64,000 nt of DNA from Myxococcales bacterium. Its GTDB lineage: Bacteria; Myxococcota_A; UBA9042. Positions within the stretch are counted from its first letter, which is position 1. Each line of letters starts with the position of its first letter. Below are positions 60,562-64,000 of the stretch, piece by piece. The stretch covers positions 9,239 to 73,238 of the forward strand of contig SHZD01000004.1 in NCBI GenBank assembly GCA_009692465.1. Reading direction: 5' to 3'. The notes under the pieces are model-generated. The model worked only from the letters and a program-made list of their open reading frames with translations, was not told the origin of the DNA and ran no database searches. Both the position numbers and the translations under genes were made by a program.

Positions 60562-62133
60562 TTAGGGCGCAAACCCGCCCTTGGCCCACAACTTGATGAC
60601 CGCTTTCTGCTGCTGCGACAGCTTCAATCCCACCAACGGCATCGTGTTGGTGTCCACTTGGAACACGATCTTGTCGTACCACAGCTTCCACTGCACGGCG
60701 TTGTGCAGCTTGACCGTGCCGGCGTCCGCCTTATGACAATCAAAACAATGCGCTAGGTAAATAGGCTGCACAATAGTGGCCCACGATGGCGGTGGTGGCG
60801 GCTTGATTTCGCCCAGAACCACCCGCGTCAGCCCCGCGGTGCTGACCGTGACCAACGCGGCGGTGCTGGTTAAATCGCGCAACGAGTGCCCTGCAGTATT
60901 CAACAGTGGGAAAAATACCCCGTTTTGGTGAATCCATAGCCCAGAGGCCGTCGCCAGCGCCGCGATGGGCAAATCAGTGCGGGCCACCAAGGCGGTGACT
61001 GGTTCGGGCAGTGCCAACCATTGCCAACTGCCGTTGATCGCGCGCCGATGCACGGTGCCATCCTGAGCCAACAGCCACACCGTACCCGAGCCGTCGCACT
61101 GCAAGTCGGCGCCGTTGGCGATCGGCTCGTCGATCCACAGTTTTGCAAAATTGCCTTTAATAACAAGAGCATGAACCGCGCCCTGCCAGTACAGCCACAG
61201 CGCTGGGGTCGCCACCCCGTTGGCTTGAGGCTGGCCGGACTGACTGTCGATCGCGACCTGCGGACCCGCGCGCCAGATCGCAGTCGTCAATGCAGCCGGG
61301 TCAGTCCCGAAGATGGACAACGGTTGGGCAACGCTGCCGTCGTAGCGCCATATCCCCGCGCCGGTCTGCAACCACAAGTGGTTTTTGCCGGCCACGATTT
61401 GGGTAAAAATGCGCTTCGGTATCGCCCCGATGACGGCTTGCAGCGGCGAAACGAGCAGCATGTTCTTGACCGCGCCGTACAGGCCCAACTCGCTGGCGAC
61501 CAACAGTTCACCTGCGGCCAGCGCGACCACGCTGTGGGCCTTGCCGATGGCTCCGGTCAACGGGATCGGCGGCAGTTCGGGATCGCTGGCAATTACGGTG
61601 CTGGTGCCGGCTTGAGCCAAGACAGCAGCCCCCTCGGCCGCAGCGGCAAAAAGCACCGGCGGCTTGAGCAGCACTTCAAGGGTGACAGGGACGGCCGGGC
61701 CGAGTTCAGCGGCAATTGGCTTGGCTACGACTGGACCGTCCTTGGCGGTCGTGTCGGCCGTGCCGTCGACCTGAGTGTCTTGTCCGCTGTCAGTGGCGTC
61801 ATTGACTGGCACATCATCTACACTTTCAATGAGTATGGCGTCGCCGCTATCGCCATTTGCCGCGGTCTCGGGGCCAGTGTCCGGTTGCGCGGTCTCGGGG
61901 CCAGTGTCCGGTTGCGCGGTCTCGGGGCCAGTGTCCGGTTGCGCGGTTTCGGGGACAACCACCTGATCGGGCACAGCGTCGGCAGCGGGTATAGTATCGC
62001 TGGAGGCGGCGTCGGCGCCGCTATCACTGTCCGCACCAAGTGCCGTTTCGGTGGACGCAGAGTCGGCGGTCTGAGCCGCAGAAGGGGCGTTCGCGCCTGG
62101 CGCGGCGGCTGAACAAGCGGCGACGACCAGGGC
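60562..62133 (-). CDS. Lipoprotein with Asp/Thr-rich repeat linker, beta-propeller-like domain and C-terminal CxxCH cytochrome-c-like (PSCyt-type) domain
   Basis: Start placed at MALVVAACSAAAPGA (lipobox). 27-bp coding repeat (PETAQPDTG x3). C-terminal ...PPPPPSWATIVQPIYLAHCFDCHKADAG...MPLVGLKLSQQQKAVIKLWAKGG. Confidence 0.55.
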   Translation of the reverse strand, partial: ALVVAACSAAAPGANAPSAAQTADSASTETALGADSDSGADAASSDTIPAADAVPDQVVVPETAQPDTGPETAQPDTGPETAQPDTGPETAANGDSGDAILIESVDDVPVNDATDSGQDTQVDGTADTTAKDGPVVAKPIAAELGPAVPVTLEVLLKPPVLFAAAAEGAAVLAQAGTSTVIASDPELPPIPLTGAIGKAHSVVALAAGELLVASELGLYGAVKNMLLVSPLQAVIGAIPKRIFTQIVAGKNHLWLQTGAGIWRYDGSVAQPLSIFGTDPAALTTAIWRAGPQVAIDSQSGQPQANGVATPALWLYWQGAVHALVIKGNFAKLWIDEPIANGADLQCDGSGTVWLLAQDGTVHRRAINGSWQWLALPEPVTALVARTDLPIAALATASGLWIHQNGVFFPLLNTAGHSLRDLTSTAALVTVSTAGLTRVVLGEIKPPPPPSWATIVQPIYLAHCFDCHKADAGTVKLHNAVQWKLWYDKIVFQVDTNTMPLVGLKLSQQQKAVIKLWAKGGFAP

Positions 62134-62189
62134 CATAACAGCGTGTAAAACAACAACTCGATCAGCCTGCGCGAAGACCGGAACCCCGA

Positions 62190-62640
62190 GTCGGCTGTAA
62201 AGACGCGAGCTTGCGACCCACCCAGCAAGCAAACGGGCACCGTAGGTGAATGACTTATTCATTTACGCTGCCCCCGGAGCGCTTGCATCGGTTTGCGCAA
62301 CCATGCCAGCATCGAATCGGTTCAGAGCGATCACGGTGCGGTACGGCAAGCCAGTGGGCCAGCCAAGCGGGATATAGCCAACTGCGATGCAGCCAACTGC
62401 GATGCAGCCAACTGCGATGCAGCCAACTGCGATGCAGCCAACTGCGATGCAGCCCAGCAGGCCGGTGGTGTAGGCAGTGGGATCGAGGTTTGAAGCGCCA
62501 ATTGCCGGTGCCACTAAGGGCCCCAGCACAATTAACTCGACGACGCTCGTCTGGGTCGGAGCGGCGAGTCGGCGCAATAGACGCGAGCTTAGCGACCCAC
62601 ACAGCAGGCAAACGGGCGCAACCAAAATCGATTCGATTTT
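62190..62640. repeat. Composite repeat: two inverted family B fragments (62190-62262, 62563-62640) flanking a 15-bp tandem array (gcagccaactgcgat x 5, 62377-62455)
   Basis: Fragments contain gacgcgagcttRgcgacccac (reverse complement of the family B core) in opposite orientations. Confidence 0.7.
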
Positions 62641-62750
62641 GTTGGTGCCCTAAGCGGTAGTGATAGCGACAAGCAGCGGACATGCCGCTCGGCGAAAGCC
62701 CTTGAGGGTGAGCGCGCTGAGTCGGTGAGGTCAGACAAGTGGAGGCAATC

Positions 62751-64000
62751 ATGGTAAGGCAAAGCATTAGGCCAAACGCCGCGATGGGTCAAGTCGCAGT
62801 CTGGCTGGGGTTGGTGGGTGGCCCATTGGGGTGCTCGACCCCGCCAGCGCCGGCCTCCGCGGTCAGCGGTTCCGACACTGCAACCGTTCCCGACGCTGGC
62901 GCCACTCGTGCAGAGGGTGACGTCAATCCGCCGATCGATGCTGCGGACGCTGCCGCGCCGGACGTAACTGGGGCAGACACCGGTGATCAAGGGATTGCTG
63001 TCCAAGACAGCGCCGTTGCGGACACCGCAGCAGCGGATAGCGCAGCAGCGGATAGCGCAGCAGCGGACACCGCAGCAGCGGACACCGCAGCAGCGGATAG
63101 CGCAGCAGCGGATAGCGCGGGCCCCGAAGCGAGCATCGACAGTGTCGACGAGGCCGACGGCGGTGGCGCCGAGTTGGTCCAAGATACTGGAATCGACGGC
63201 GGTGTCGACGCGGCTACCGATGCGGCAAGCGCAGCAGAAACAACGGCGGTGGACGCCAAGGCCGACTCCAGCGATGGCAGCGGCAGCAAGGACAGCAGTT
63301 TTGGGTTCGACGCCGGGACTGAGGTCAAAACCGTGCCGCCGTGTTCGCCGGCGCTGGCCGTGGTGCCGGCCAAAAAGAAGGTGCTGCCATTTGGTCTTGT
63401 GGCGCTCAAGGCGACTGGCGGCACCGGCCAGTACAAATTTGCTCTGACCACCAACGCCTCCGATGGCCTGGTGAATCAGTACACCGGGGCCTACCTGGCC
63501 GGCGACGTCACGCTGGTTACCGATGTGGTTACGCTGACCGACTTGGGCTGCACCGGCACTGCAACTGCCGAACTCAACGTGCTGCAGCCGATGCTGGTGG
63601 CGACCGAAGCGGCGTCAGTGCCGCCGGGCGGAAAACTCAAAATCGCCCCGCTGAAAGGTTCTGGATCATTCGCCTATTCGCTGAGCCTAGCGGCAAGTGG
63701 CGGCTCAGTGAGCGGGGGATCCATCGGTGTGTACACGGCTGGCGCCAAGGCCGGCCTGGATGTGATCGTCATTGCCGACACTAAAACAGGACAAGTCGCT
63801 GATATCACTGTAACTGTTGTCGCCGGTTCGGTTTTGCAGCCCAATCCGGAGCGCTGGGCGATCCCGCTGGGCAGCACCGTGAAACTGGGTTGGTCTGGCG
63901 GCTCATCCGTGATCAAGGCGACTTCGTCGGCTGGCACCGTCAAGGTCGACGGCACCGTCTTGCACGCTCTGAGCATTGGGGCGGCGACTGTGACTCTGAC
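62751..64000 (+). CDS. Secreted/lipoprotein with Ala/Asp-rich repeats and tandem Ig-like (Big-type) domains, 3'-partial at window edge
   Basis: ggagg SD 6 nt before ATG 62751. Signal MVRQSIRPNAAMGQVAVWLGLVGGPLGC. 18-bp coding repeat (AAADSA/AAADTA)n. Repeated ~80-aa beta-rich modules. No in-frame stop to the window end; not in the ORF track because unterminated. Confidence 0.55.
   Translation, partial: MVRQSIRPNAAMGQVAVWLGLVGGPLGCSTPPAPASAVSGSDTATVPDAGATRAEGDVNPPIDAADAAAPDVTGADTGDQGIAVQDSAVADTAAADSAAADSAAADTAAADTAAADSAAADSAGPEASIDSVDEADGGGAELVQDTGIDGGVDAATDAASAAETTAVDAKADSSDGSGSKDSSFGFDAGTEVKTVPPCSPALAVVPAKKKVLPFGLVALKATGGTGQYKFALTTNASDGLVNQYTGAYLAGDVTLVTDVVTLTDLGCTGTATAELNVLQPMLVATEAASVPPGGKLKIAPLKGSGSFAYSLSLAASGGSVSGGSIGVYTAGAKAGLDVIVIADTKTGQVADITVTVVAGSVLQPNPERWAIPLGSTVKLGWSGGSSVIKATSSAGTVKVDGTVLHALSIGAATVTL

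Noticed and set aside
62255-62767. 170-aa ORF (MLCLTMIAST...WVAKLAS...) and similar ORFs at 47929-48272
   Set aside because: Composed of family B repeat fragments and the 15-bp array translated. The shared WVAKLAS..PTR.SDP peptides are simply the repeat in one frame.

Overview
This is a high-GC (~63-65%) bacterial chromosomal segment. It is probably from Myxococcota: one protein ends in a MYXO-CTERM-like GCGC...TM...RRR tail, there is a TPR-containing Hanks kinase, and secreted TPR proteins are abundant. It is gene-dense, with about 45 CDSs. Recognisable housekeeping genes are coaD, obgE, class II RNR nrdJ, gpmI, GTP-type pckG, deoC, hisS, nadK and dnaJ. They are interleaved with cell-envelope and secretion-related loci: a five-gene operon of secreted TPR/coiled-coil proteins with overlapping stops, a Lol-like ABC exporter (2 FtsX permeases, LolD-like ATPase, LolA-like protein, OMP), an Mce/MlaD-MlaF pair, a five-gene operon of unknown envelope proteins, an amidase_2-M23 fusion peptidoglycan hydrolase and several repeat-rich lipoproteins. 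The non-genic DNA is dominated by two things. (1) Two dispersed MITE/REP-like element families. Family A is ~207 bp, bounded by ctaggagc hairpins, with 3 full copies plus one solo hairpin, usually directly after stop codons. Family B is ~145 bp, with ggaactgtcc/ggacagttcc ends and an IR-N9-IR head; at least 8 full or partial copies sit in 5' UTRs immediately upstream of dnaJ and gpmI, or (38222) ~300 bp upstream of pckG. (2) An unusual density of GC-rich minisatellites (units 12-30 bp, 3-9 copies) in intergenic regions and gene 5' ends. These inflate many predicted ORF N-termini. No rRNA, tRNA or CRISPR was recognised.
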